A stretch of 63,651 bases of DNA, the filler included, from Octopus bimaculoides (taxonomy: Eukaryota): NCBI RefSeq assembly GCF_001194135.2. It is 5 parts of 4 records of this genome, joined end to end, with 100 filler letters (N's around TTAATTAATTAA, not from the genome) between each part and the next. Parts side by side here need not be neighbours in the genome. Positions count along the whole stretch, not along the records: positions 43,293 to 51,959 come from NC_068984.1; positions 52,060 to 61,232 come from NC_068984.1; positions 61,333 to 63,651 come from NW_026353122.1; 2 more parts are not named here. One strand, written 5' to 3'. This document shows, piece by piece, positions 50,630-62,253 of the stretch. Below the pieces are notes generated by a model that was given only the letters and a program-made list of their open reading frames with translations, made no database searches and was not told the origin of the DNA. A program made the position numbers and the translations under genes. Each line of letters starts with the position of its first letter. Position 1 is the stretch's first letter.

Positions 50630-52463
50630 GGATTGCATTAGCCATTCAGTAACACGCAAAGACCGTCAACGTCACTAAACATTTAATTGTAATATGGCGT
50701 CAAAATTTTCTTCGCACAAAACTGCAGCCTGTTCATTATCAAAAAAATTCTACTGCATCTCTCTAGTCAATAAATAGGTGCACATAGTGCTATCACTTTA
50801 GTTTTAGCATGCGATCAAAATACCTGCTATGCAAGTATATCATACACACACACATACACATACACCTCCCACACATACACATACACCTCCCACACACACA
50901 CACATGTAGGTCTTTATAACACAGCAAAATAATTCTAGAAGTATATCTTATATAGGGTTTGCCCTTATGCCCAGTGTTATTAAAGCAGTAATCAGTAAGT
51001 TGTTCATAAGTATCAATCCTGACAGCAGTTGGTTTGATGTGTCACATTGAGGTTACACATAAATTATACTGTGTGTTCTAGTGCTTTTCTGTTCCATTTA
51101 CGTGCCTGTTTCTCATCAAAAGACGAACTTCGGCAAGAGGAACTTCTCATATGCTGTAGATTACAACATTAAGGGAGGTCATCACCATTCTGTTTACATT
51201 TTATACTTCTTCTTTACCTAGCACGCGTCTTCTTGTATCTGGCATATGGTACTCTGTCTATCAGTTATGGTTATATGACTACGAGGGAAAAGTGGAGTTG
51301 AGACTACACAAATTTGCTCCTTTCAAAACAATTATTTAGTGCAGATTGTCCAGTAACAACATTTCTGTTTTCATCCTCAAAGAAATAACCTGAAAATGCA
51401 TCGATATAACATACATTCCATATATTTGATACGGACTTGTATATTAATTTCATTTAATTTTTTGTAGAAGATACTTTAAAGGAATGGTCCCAAAGAGAAT
51501 GAAATATGAGAAGCTATACTATAAACTGTTTTAATATTTCATCGACTTCAAAAGAATAAAAACTATAATTCAATTGAAGATTTCTCTAACTGTTATTTTA
51601 TTCAATCACTGGTGGGTCTAAGCTGTCTAAAATTCATAGATGTATTAGAAATTACTTTAAAAAAATATTTTCCGGTATTTGTTGTCCGCAGTTTAGTAAC
51701 TTTAGTTCATATATGACTAATATCACCAACAAAATTCTCTGAAAACGAGATGAACTGCTAGCGCTCTTCGTCAGTCTACCACAGAACTATGTGATAAAAA
51801 ATTATGCAAATAACAAATATAAATAGATCATTTATCAAGGCAGGCATGTATGTATTGTATGTATATGTGTGTGTGCCTGCGTGTGAGTAACGTACATACA
51901 TACACATAGGCGCGCACGCACGTACACACACATACTTATATATATATATATATATATATNNNNNNNNNNNNNNNNNNNNNNNNNNNNNNNNNNNNNNNNN
52001 NNNTTAATTAATTAANNNNNNNNNNNNNNNNNNNNNNNNNNNNNNNNNNNNNNNNNNNNTATATATGCATATATATAAATATGTATATATATGTATATAT
52101 ATATATATATATGTTCATATGTATGTATATATGCATGATGGTAATATTAGAAATTTAAAAAATTCGAAATACCAAAACACACACATACAAAGAGAATTTT
52201 TTTTAAATAATAGAAAAGCAAGCAACAAAAATTTGCACAAAAAAGAAGAGGAAAAAGAAAAAGAAGGAAAGAATATGGTTTTTTGGAAATCTCCAAACCC
52301 ACCAGTTCCAGTTCAAGTGAGGAATTCTGTATAGACTGGAATATCGTTAGAATATTTTTAAGTGCCATAAAGCCGAGAGACTAACCCTTTACTTCTAGGC
52401 TATCCATCCCACACGTTTACAACGGTGATGATGATGATGGGAATGGTGACGATGATGTTGTTG

Positions 52464-52521
<58 letters not shown>

Positions 52522-52565
52522 TAATATTAATAATATTATGATGATGATGATGATGATGATGATAA
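52464..52565. repeat. (ATA)n/(ATG)n microsatellite
   Basis: Read directly. Confidence 0.95.
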
Positions 52566-52680
52566 TAGACCCATACAAATGCATATACAAATTTACACTT
52601 ATATACATTCATTTGCACACTTCTACACACACACACACACACACACACACCTACACACACCACAGCAACTGGAGAAGGCA

Positions 52681-53226
52681 TTACACGTTAGATTCATCTC
52701 CGCCATTGATCAGCCGAGGAATTTCCTTCTTGATGTTGTTCGTTAGATTTTTATTGTTGCTACCGCCGTTATTGTCTTTGTTGTTGCTATAGTTGTGTTG
52801 TTGTGTTGTTGTTATTTTGGCGATGGTGTTAGAGGGTGAGTGTATGCATGTGTATATATATAAGTGTGTGCGTATGTGTGTATGAGCGGCTGGTTTTGAT
52901 TGAAGGATCCTATCAAAATGGCTGCCATTGCACTCTCCGCTCTTTGATCTCTTCAATGTTAATGTTCTTGGAATTGCAACGGGCATTGCCTTTCTATAGG
53001 TGGAGCGGGGTGGCGCAGCAGAAGCACTGGTGGTGGGCGGGGGGAAGAGCAACTGGCTGCTGCTATTGTTCTCGAAAAACGTGTATCGTCCTCCATATGA
53101 ATTCATGTGCATGCGCGAAACATGTGTGTTTGGTGGAGCGTTCGCCTGTATGTGTGCCGCGTCTGATAATGTTGGAGCATATTTCTGAGTGAGATGTATG
53201 TAGGCATGTTTGTCTACATCTGTTTC
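52681..53226 (-). CDS. Candidate terminal exon or orphan ORF (181 codons plus stop), product unknown
   Basis: Stop-to-stop frame of mostly unique sequence: ..QKYAPTLSDAAHIQANAPPNTHVSRMHMNSYGGRYTFFENNSSSQLLFPPPTTSASAAPPRSTYRKAMPVAIPRTLTLKRSKSGECNGSHFDRILQSKP..KKEIPRLINGGDESNV*. Only weak acceptors; no domain recognised. Confidence 0.35.
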   Translation of the reverse strand, partial: ETDVDKHAYIHLTQKYAPTLSDAAHIQANAPPNTHVSRMHMNSYGGRYTFFENNSSSQLLFPPPTTSASAAPPRSTYRKAMPVAIPRTLTLKRSKSGECNGSHFDRILQSKPAAHTHIRTHLYIYTCIHSPSNTIAKITTTQQHNYSNNKDNNGGSNNKNLTNNIKKEIPRLINGGDESNV

Positions 53227-53526
53227 TCAGTTTAATATGTATGTGTGTATGCATGCCTCTGTATCCCTGTTTATTCGTGTGTGTACTTCTGCGTGTTTGT
53301 GTGTCTGTGTGTGAGTGTGTGTGTGTGTGTGTGGGAAGAATTATTTATGTAATTATTTGTATATATGAATATTTTTCTGTGTGTGTTTGTGTGTGTGTGT
53401 GTGTGTGTGTATTAGAAAATCTGTGTGACACAAGAAGTATTTGTATCTCTCACAAGTGTTTTCGAGCGTGTGTGTGTGTGTGTGTGTGTGTTACACTGGT
53501 ACGTGATGTGATATCGATGTACATAC

Positions 53527-53728
53527 GCAGGAGTAGCTGTGTGGTAAGTAGCTTGCTTACCAACCACGGGTTTCCAGGTTCAGTCACACTGCGTGGCACT
53601 TTGGGTAAGTGACTTCTAATATCACATCGGGTCGACCAAGCTTTGTGAGTGAATTCGGTCGATTAAAGGCGGTGCTCCAACGTGGCCGCAGTCAAAATGA
53701 CTGAAAAGTATAAAAGAATAAAAGAATA
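53527..53728 (+). mobile_element. Short family A SINE (head and CORE joined directly to tail)
   Basis: ...ctttgtgagtgaattcggtcgattaaaggcggtgctccaacgtggccgcagtcaaaatgactg. Confidence 0.88.
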
Positions 53729-53752
53729 TGCAAAAATCAAACACACACAGGC

Positions 53753-53907
<155 letters not shown>

Positions 53908-54395
53908 TATATTTACCCGTATATATACATATTTGATAACAAGAAGCGGGAGGTGAAGAGGAAAGTGAGAGTTTCCGTTCAATTCACAGAGAATAAAATG
54001 CGAGAACGAAAAAACAGAAAGTAATTGATAGTATACGTGCGTGTGTTTTTGTGAGAATGCGAATGTGTGTATGCGCCTGTGTCCATGAATGTGTGAATGT
54101 ATTTGTGTGTGTGTGCATGTGTGTGTGTGTGCGTGCGTGTGTCTGCGAATATGTGAATGTGTTTGGTATGTGTGTGTGTGTGCGTGTGCGTGTCTATGAA
54201 TGTGTGAATGTGTTTGTATGTGTGTTTATGCGTGTGCGTGCATGTGCGTGTGCGTGCATGTGCGTGTGCGTGCGTGCGTGTGTGTGTATGTGTGTATACG
54301 TGTGAGTCTATGAATGCGTGAATGTGTTTGTGTGTCTGCGTGCGTTTGTGTGTTTGTGTGTATGTGTGTATGCGTGTGTGTCTATGAATGCGTGA

Positions 54396-54432
<37 letters not shown>

Positions 54433-54544
54433 NNNNNNNNNNNNNNNNNNNNNNNNNNNNNNNNNNNNNNNNNNNNNNNNNNNNNNNNNNNNNNNNNNNN
54501 NNNNNNNNNNNNNNNNNNNNNNNNNNNNNNNNNNNNNNNNNNNN

Positions 54545-54596
<52 letters not shown>

Positions 54597-54762
54597 TAGG
54601 TGCTATCGAAAGTATAGTCGATTGGTTTCGAGAGGAAGGCGCGCGAGTAGAGTGTAGGAGATGGAAGTCGAAGAAGGAAAGCATCTTCCGACAAGTCTAG
54701 GAATGTTGGTGCCACTCTTTTTAGTGAAGCGCTTATCACGTGATGTTGATGTTGTGTTTCAG

Positions 54763-54975
54763 GAACTCTATTATTGGCCAAACCACGTCAATAGCAGCGC
54801 AACCACCATCATCAACACCACCACAAGAACCAGTACCACCACCATTTGCAGCGCCAACAACAACAACAACAACATCAGCAATAACAACAATGGTGATGAC
54901 CGCAGTGTTCTTCGATCTTATCGCCACCTCTTTAGCCGTCCCTTATCTTGTCCTGCCCGTCTCTGCACTTTATAG
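54763..54975 (+). CDS. Candidate terminal exon, product unknown
   Basis: Acceptor gttgtgtttcag|G, then phase-0 ELYYWPNHVNSSATTIINTTTRTSTTTICSANNNNNNISNNNNGDDRSVLRSYRHLFSRPLSCPARLCTL*. A second frame is also open, so the call is ambiguous. Confidence 0.22.
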   Translation, partial: ELYYWPNHVNSSATTIINTTTRTSTTTICSANNNNNNISNNNNGDDRSVLRSYRHLFSRPLSCPARLCTL

Positions 54976-55219
54976 CATCTTCTGTTTACTGCCTCATCAT
55001 AATAATTTATCACCCGCCCATACACTACGCAGCGTTCCATTCACCATCCAGACCCTTGTGGTTTGAAATCAGATTTAAGGAGCTGAAAATCCTCCAGTTC
55101 ATTCCACCCTTAACCTACCAGAAACAATTAGACGGGTGACTGAAGCCATTCTTTTAAACATGTAGCCCCATATTCTCAAATGCAACCAAATCTCACCAAT
55201 TTGCTCTCTCAAAGCAGCA

Positions 55220-55374
55220 TTATAGAATTTCAAAATGATATCCAATTTCTACAAAATGAGTGACATAACGTTTATCCAACTTTACCAAATTCCTCCGAAC
55301 GGTTTGTTCCTGCGTGGCTATCATTAGCGCTCCGGTTTCTCTCTTCGGGATTCCACCCGTCAGCCACAGTTAGT
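55220..55374 (+). repeat. About 150-bp direct repeat, copy 1 (copy 2 at 56928-57072)
   Basis: Both copies share ttatagaatttcaaaatgatatccaa...ggctatcattagcgc...cttcgggattccacccgt.agccacagttagt. Confidence 0.9.
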
Positions 55375-55499
55375 GATCCTATTTCCCACATTCTAGGTTT
55401 GTTGCTATTTCTTTCCAGATACTTATATTGTTCTTCTTCCTGTTATTAAACCATTTTCTGTAAATCTATGGGCGTTTCTAACTGCCGATAATTTGAGGG

Positions 55500-55673
55500 A
55501 AAGATATGGTGAAAGAGTACAGCAGGGTTCGCTATCACCTGCTACCGGAGCCTCGTGGAGCTTTTAGGCGTTTTCATTCAATAAACACTCACAACGGCCG
55601 TTGTGGGAAATCGAAACCGCGATCCTACGACCACGAGTCCGCTGCCCTAACCACTGGGACATTGCGCCTCCAC
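55500..55673 (-). mobile_element. tRNA-derived SINE with family C-like head and a different body
   Basis: gaaatcgaaaccgcgatcctacgaccacgag...ccctaaccactgg...gcgcctccac is the reverse complement of the head at 26838. Confidence 0.75.
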
Positions 55674-55974
55674 GTTCATGTATATGTGTTATGCGTGTAT
55701 ATGTGTATGCATTTGTGCTCTAATACCTCGGTTATTCGTTGTTGTTTGCTCAGTTAACTGATATAGAAACGTCTCACGCCCTCCAGCCTGCACCATCACC
55801 TCTCGAAGACTTATCGTTCTTGTCGACTCACATGCACTTGATATTGCCAAATAAATCACCTGACCGGCTCCCCTCCTATAGGAACACTCCTCCACACAGA
55901 AACCCGTACACTAGATTTTAACCGAGTCTTTCTGGAATCATTTTACAACGCAAACCCGCTCTTCCCCGTTCCTC

Positions 55975-56040
55975 CTCCGCCGCTCTCCGCCGCTCTCCGC
56001 CGCTCTCCGCCGCTCTCCGCCGCTCTCCGCCGCTCTCCGC
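55975..56040. repeat. GC-rich 10-bp tandem repeat (cgctctccgc) x6
   Basis: Six perfect units at 55981-56040. Confidence 0.97.
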
Positions 56041-56313
56041 CCCTCATCGCTATCTTGTGAGCTTCTGTTTAACCAAGCGGAACAGTATTGGCATACACTT
56101 CACTATTGATATACTATAGATTTCCACCATCTACGAATGTAGAATCAATAGACCTGCTATCAATTTTTTATCGATTGTAGGAGCTCAGGAGCAAGTATAT
56201 AACTGGTCCATCACGTGACCAGTTAGAAACAGCAGTCAAAACTAATTTAACGTGCTCAAAATAAAGGAAGAACATACTAAACAATGTAAATGCGGTAGAA
56301 AGTTACGTATATA

Positions 56314-56763
56314 AAGGCGGCGAGCTGGCAGAAACATTAGGACACCGTTTGAAATGCTTAGCGGTATTTCGTCTGTCTTTACGTTCTGGGTTCAAATTCC
56401 GCCGAGGTCGATTTTGCCTTTCATCCTTTCAGGGTCGATAAATTAAGTACCAGTTGTGTACTGGGGTCGATGTAATCGACTTAATCCCTTTGTCTGTCCT
56501 TGTTTGTCTCCTCTATGTTCAGCCCCTTATGGGTAATAAAGAAATAAGAAACGTTTGCACGCCGGGCGAAATGCTTAGCGGTATTTCGTCTGCCGTTACG
56601 TTCTGGGTTCAAATTCCGCCGAGGTCAACTTTGCATTTCATCCTTTCGGGGTCGATTAAATAAGTACCAGTTACGTACTGGGGTCAATATAAGTGACTTA
56701 ATCCGTTTGTCTCTTCTTGTTTGTCCCCTCTGTGTGTAGCCCCTTGTGAGCAATAAAGAAATA
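56314..56763 (+). mobile_element. Head-to-tail dimer of family B SINE with one 17-bp TSD pair
   Basis: Two units with a junction at aataagaaac. TSD agaaagttac(g/a)tatata at 56297-56313 and 56764-56780. Confidence 0.9.
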
Positions 56764-56799
56764 AGAAAGTTACATATATATTCTGCTGAGTTGTAAACT

Positions 56800-56927
56800 T
56801 CGGCGTGAAACAGGATGTGACAAGGATGATTTTTGAATTGCAAGTTAAACACATTTTTGTCAGCTGAGTGGACTAGCGCAACGATAAGTAAAGTATCTTA
56901 CTGGGACTTGAACTCATGACATTACGA
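56800..56927 (-). mobile_element. Family C SINE fragment (same tail type as 29845-30095)
   Basis: ggatgtgacaagg...tttttgtcagctgagtggact...gaactcatgacattacgat. Confidence 0.7.
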
Positions 56928-57259
56928 TTATAGAATTTCAAAATGATATCCAAATGAGCGACATAAGGTTTATTCGACTTTATCAAAATCGTCCTAACGG
57001 CTTGTTCCTGCGCGGCTATCATTAGCGCATCGGTTTCTCGCTTCGGGATTCCACCCGTGAGCCACAGTTAGTCATTAAGCCAGGCGCCTTCTCAAGCAAA
57101 ATAGTTTAGCAAGAATTTTCTGATAGTGCACATGATTTCCGTACATGGATCTGTGAACATTTGTTTTAGTTTATACATTTACGTTATTAACAGTATTTAT
57201 AACATAATCAGTTCTATTATTGACAGAAAGCTTGGAGTTTTGATGGAGGACGCTGTGCT

Positions 57260-57400
57260 CGAATGGTACTTAATTTATCGAACACGAAAGGATGAAAGGT
57301 AATGTCGACATCGGCATCGAATTTGAGCTCAGAACGTAAAGTCGGAAGAAATGCCTTTCAATATTTTGTTCAGCGCACAAACGGTTCTGCCAACTCACCT
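57260..57400 (-). mobile_element. Family B SINE, 5' two-thirds
   Basis: ggtacttaatttatcga..cgaaaggatgaaagg..gtcgac...gaatttgagctcagaacgtaaag...ctgccaactcacct. Confidence 0.85.
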
Positions 57401-58545
57401 ATTTATGCCTCTATTACATACATAATGGACATGAAGATGGCATATGGCGTGCTTCAACCGAAACAGCTGTCAAGATATGACTATGACATCATTCCTTTTG
57501 TTTACTTATATTCTATGGAAATACACTCAAGCTTGTGTTTAATTGCCTTTTTATATAAAGGCACACACGCGTGCGCGCGTATCTATGTGTTTGTGTATAA
57601 ATACACACATATATACACACATCTGACTGATGGGATAATACTGTGAATTATTATAACTGTCTAATTAAAGGTCACGTGAAACACTGAGTAACAGTTAGAA
57701 GATTTTTTAAAACTTTACTAAGATAATACGTTACTCTAGATTTTGGTAACCGAGTACTATTTATATTCCACATATGTGCTTCATTGAGTGTGTATGCGTG
57801 TGTGTGTGTGTGTGTGTGCATGCGTGTGTGGATGTGCGTGTATGTATCTATGAGTGTCTCCCCACGTGACCGATGTTCGACCAGGCCTGACCTTTCTTTC
57901 TTGGTTGGACTACAGTCCGTGCAACATCTATATTCCTTCCAGTGCTTGTTAAATCATATGTACTTCCATACACGCCAGCTTAATTTAATTCGTCTTTAGT
58001 TGAAAGACACCTGTTGTTAATGTCCTGTTATTTGTATTTGTGTAACATTTCTCTGTCCTTTTTGTCCGTCCTTGTTTTCGTATACATACGCTGCTTTCTT
58101 CCAAGAAATGTAATGCTCTTAACTTATTTTTTCCTTGAGTATAACCAACCGAAATTGCAAAGATAATCTGGTACTCGACTGAGGATAGAAACTCCGAATG
58201 ATCCATCCTTCTTTTCCTTGTATCGTCTGTCTGGATATTTTGTTTCTTTTTTTTTTTGCTTCACCTAACTCTCTGGATGTTTTGCGTTCTTGTCCCATTT
58301 TTGTATATATATATATATATATATATATATGCATATATATATATGCATGCAAACACACATCCATGCTTACATGTATATGTAGATATACATGTACATATAT
58401 ATACATGTGGGTGTTCGGGCGTATGTTTTTGTTACATCAGTCATAATGAGCGTGTTATCCACTGTATGTGTATGTGTATACGTACAAGTGCGAGCATGCG
58501 TATGCTGTTACAAAACACCTGAATAAATATATACATACACATCTG

Positions 58546-58600
<55 letters not shown>

Positions 58601-59040
58601 ACACAAACAAACAAACATTTTTGTATATCAGGGAAATCAAATCAGCGAAGGGAAAAAAAAATTTGAAGACATGTTTGATTGATGGGAATTTAAATAAATT
58701 ACTATCTATTGTATGTTGGAAGGGCGTTTGAGGCATGACAACACGTGCTTGTGTGTGTATGTGTGTGTGTGAATCAGTTTGTTAATTTATGTTTACAATC
58801 ATCTAAAAACCGACGTTATTCTTTATGGTGTGTTCGTTAAGGTCCCCTGGCTGAGAACTTCAACGAATAACGATCAGTTCCTTATGTACACGTTTCTAGT
58901 ATTACCAAGCTATGGCCATAGTCACATGACTGAAACTGTTTAAAGTTAACGGGTCTTCGTCGGTTGCCACGATGGGTGTTTTATTTCTTCAACCGGTCTA
59001 TCTTACAGGCTGAATATTCCGTAAACTTCTTGTACTGTTT

Positions 59041-59230
59041 TACTCCTTTACTTGTTTCAGTCATTTGACTGCGGGCTTTCTGGGGCTTCGTCTTCAGTCG
59101 CGAAAATCGACCCAAGGACTTATTCTTTGTAAGCCTAGTACTCGTTCTATCGGTCTGTTAGCCGAACCGCTAAGTTACGGGGACGTAGACGCAGCACGTG
59201 ATGTTGGGGCGACAAACACAAACATACAGG
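59041..59230 (-). mobile_element. Family A SINE 3' half
   Basis: cttgtttcagtcatttgactgcgg...gacttattctttgtaagcctagtact...gccgaaccgctaagttacggggacgt. Confidence 0.9.
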
Positions 59231-60336
59231 CATAATACACACACATACACATGTATATATATATATATATATATANNNNNNNNNNNNNNNNNNNNNNNNN
59301 NNNNNNNNNNNNNNNNNNNNNNNNNNNNNNNNNNNNNNNNNNNNNNNNNNNNNNNNNNNNNNNNNNNNNNNNNNNNNNNNNNNNNNNNNNNNNNNNNNNN
59401 NNNNNNNNNNNNNNNNNNNNNNNNNNNNNNNNNNNNNNNNNNNNNNNNNNNNNNNNNNNNNNNNNNNNNNNNNNNNNNNNNNNNNNNNNNNNNNNNNNNN
59501 NNNNNNNNNNNNNNNNNNNNNNNNNNNNNNNNNNNNNNNNNNNNNNNNNNNNNNNNNNNNNNNNNNNNNNNNNNNNNNNNNNNNNNNNNNNNNNNNNNNN
59601 NNNNNNNNNNNNNNNNNNNNNNNNNNNNNNNNNNNNNNNNNNNNNNNNNNNNNNNNNNNNNNNNNNNNNNNNNNNNNNNNNNNNNNNNNNNNNNNNNNNN
59701 NNNNNNNNNNNNNNNNNNNNNNNNNNNNNNNNNNNNNNNNNNNNNNNNNNNNNNNNNNNNNNNNNNNNNNNNNNNNNNNNNNNNNNNNNNNNNNNNNNNN
59801 NNNNNNNNNNNNNNNNNNNNNNNNNNNNNNNNNNNNNNNNNNNNNNNNNNNNNNNNNNNNNNNNNNNNNNNNNNNNNNNNNNNNNNNNNNNNNNNNNNNN
59901 NNNNNNNNNNNNNNNNNNNNNNNNNNNNNNNNNNNNNNNNNNNNNNNNNNNNNNNNNNNNNNNNNNNNNNNNNNNNNNNNNNNNNNNNNNNNNNNNNNNN
60001 NNNNNNNNNNNNNNNNNNNNNNNNNNNNNNNNNNNNNNNNNNNNNNNNNNNNNNNNNNNNNNNNNNNNNNNNNNNNNNNNNNNNNNNNNNNNNNNNNNNN
60101 NNNNNNNNNNNNNNNNNNNNNNNNNNNNNNNNNNNNNNNNNNNNNNNNNNNNNNNNNNNNNNNNNNNNNNNNNNNNNNNNNNNNNNNNNNNNNNNNNNNN
60201 NNNNNNNNNNNNNNNNNNNNNNNNNNNNNNNTATATATGTATGTACACACAAACACACACATGTATTATTGTCGTGGTCGGCCTTAACACGCATTCGAGT
60301 AATAGAGTTGAATAATATATATGTAATATCTATTTA

Positions 60337-60368
<32 letters not shown>

Positions 60369-60400
60369 CCTGTCTCTGTCTCTGTCTCTCTCTCTCTATC

Positions 60401-60431
<31 letters not shown>

Positions 60432-60892
60432 CTATCTACCTGTATCTATCTATCTACAAATATATTTATATATATATATATATATATGTGTACTCAAAGA
60501 GAAAAAGAGATAAATGGATAAATAAATTGATAGATAGATAGATAGAGAGATAGGATGAAATAAAGGAGAGACAGAGAGAGGAGGAGAGGGTGAAAGAAAG
60601 AGTTAGGATTAAGCAAGACCGAGATTATTTCCATTAAGCAAGTCTGACCAGAGTGGCAAGGAGGGTGTGGGGGCTGAGGGTGTCGAGAAATGGACAGAAT
60701 AGTGTCGCAAGAGGTTAGTGGTCAATGAGACTGGTCATCATGGAATGGCCGTCAAACTATCAACTGTCAGCTCTGTGATAGAGTATCTAACACAGGGGAG
60801 TAACAGGAGTTCAAGTGGTCAGGATTTATGTTACACAAGCGGAACACAACCGGGTGAAGGCGGATGTAGGCATGTATGTATGTATGTATGTA

Positions 60893-60928
<36 letters not shown>

Positions 60929-61163
60929 AATGTATGTATGTATGTTTGTATGTATGAATGTATGTATGAATGTATGAATGTATGTATGTATGTATGTATG
61001 TATGTTTGTATATGTATGTGTGAGTATGTATTTGTATGTATTTGTAGATATGTATGTACGAGTATGTATGTATATGTGTGTATATACGTATTTTTTGTGC
61101 GTATGTATATATATGTGTGTGTGTTTGTGTATACATATATATATGTACACGTTTATATATGTG

Positions 61164-61209
<46 letters not shown>

Positions 61210-61332
61210 CACGTATATACATATGAGTATATNNNNNNNNNNNNNNNNNNNNNNNNNNNNNNNNNNNNNNNNNNNNTTAATTAATTAANNNNNNNNNNNN
61301 NNNNNNNNNNNNNNNNNNNNNNNNNNNNNNNN

Positions 61333-61375
61333 AAAGTTTCGGCTGATATGCCTTCCACCCTTCATCAGGTGTTTT
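61333..61375 (-). ncRNA. Second, degenerate copy of the minimal hammerhead, truncated by the linker gap
   Basis: Reverse complement aacac CUGAUGA A GGGUG gaaggcatat CAGCC GAAAC. Confidence 0.55.
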
Positions 61376-61660
61376 GGGGAAAATTCGATCCTGGGTTCTT
61401 ATTCCTAAGGTATTTTTCGATGTTATTATAATAAAAATAATAATAATATTAATAATAATAATAATAGTAGTAGTAGTAGTAATAATAATAATAAAAATAA
61501 TTATAATATTAATAACATTAATAATAATGATAATATTGATAATAATAATAATAATCCTTTCTATTATATTGCTATTATTATGGGAATAATAGCAATAATA
61601 ATCCTTTCTAACATCGAAAAATACTTTAGGAATGAGAACCCAGGTTCGAAATTTCCCCAA

Positions 61661-61706
61661 GACACCTGATGAAGGCTGGAGGGTATATCAGCTGAAACGT
61701 TGTGTT
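61661..61706 (+). ncRNA. Minimal type I hammerhead ribozyme (Penelope/retrozyme type)
   Basis: GACAC|CUGAUGA A|GGCUG-gagggtatat-CAGCU|GAAAC GUU|GUGUU. Helix III is reduced to the palindrome AACGUU; predicted cut after 61701. Confidence 0.75.
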
Positions 61707-62208
61707 AACAGCAAACACGATGAGGAAAAATATCCGTCAAATGTAAATAATGTAAATAATGTATATATATATATATGGCTGTATTAGCTTATTTCTCGCT
61801 TTCAAAGACTGTAGCTTAAATTGTGAATGGTTCTGGGTTATATTTCTAGCAAGTCGACCCTACACATACATTCTTCCGACCTACTCTCTTTCCAGTTGAC
61901 TTATACAATAAGGTAAGAATTTATATAAGCATGTTCACAGTAGACGTGTGTGTTTACACATTATAATTGTCGCTGTTTCGAAGAAAGCTTCTAAACTGCA
62001 TGAACAAAATGTGCAGTATTACTTTGGTATAATTATCTGCCAGCCTGTTATGTTCACAAATGTCCTTACGAGTTCCACGTACAACGTTCAATCTTTCACT
62101 ACCATCCAACGGTATTTTTAATCCAATATTCTATTTGCTTGTATTTGTAGTTTAATCTACTTCGAGCACGAAATAAATAAGAATTTACCTCGTTCATTCA
62201 TTTACATG

Positions 62209-62253
<45 letters not shown>

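Larger units (their letters stand above)
61333..61706. mobile_element. Inverted pair of a hammerhead-bearing short element (arms 61333-61425 minus, 61609-61700 plus) around an (AAT)n-rich spacer
   Basis: The arms are reverse complements over about 92 bp (acatcgaaaaatac.ttaggaat.agaacccagg..cgaa.tttcccca..acacctgatgaagg...atatcagc.gaaac). Confidence 0.88.

Noticed and set aside
51768-51780. CUGACGA on the minus strand
   Set aside because: No closing GAAA or helix I partner at a suitable distance.
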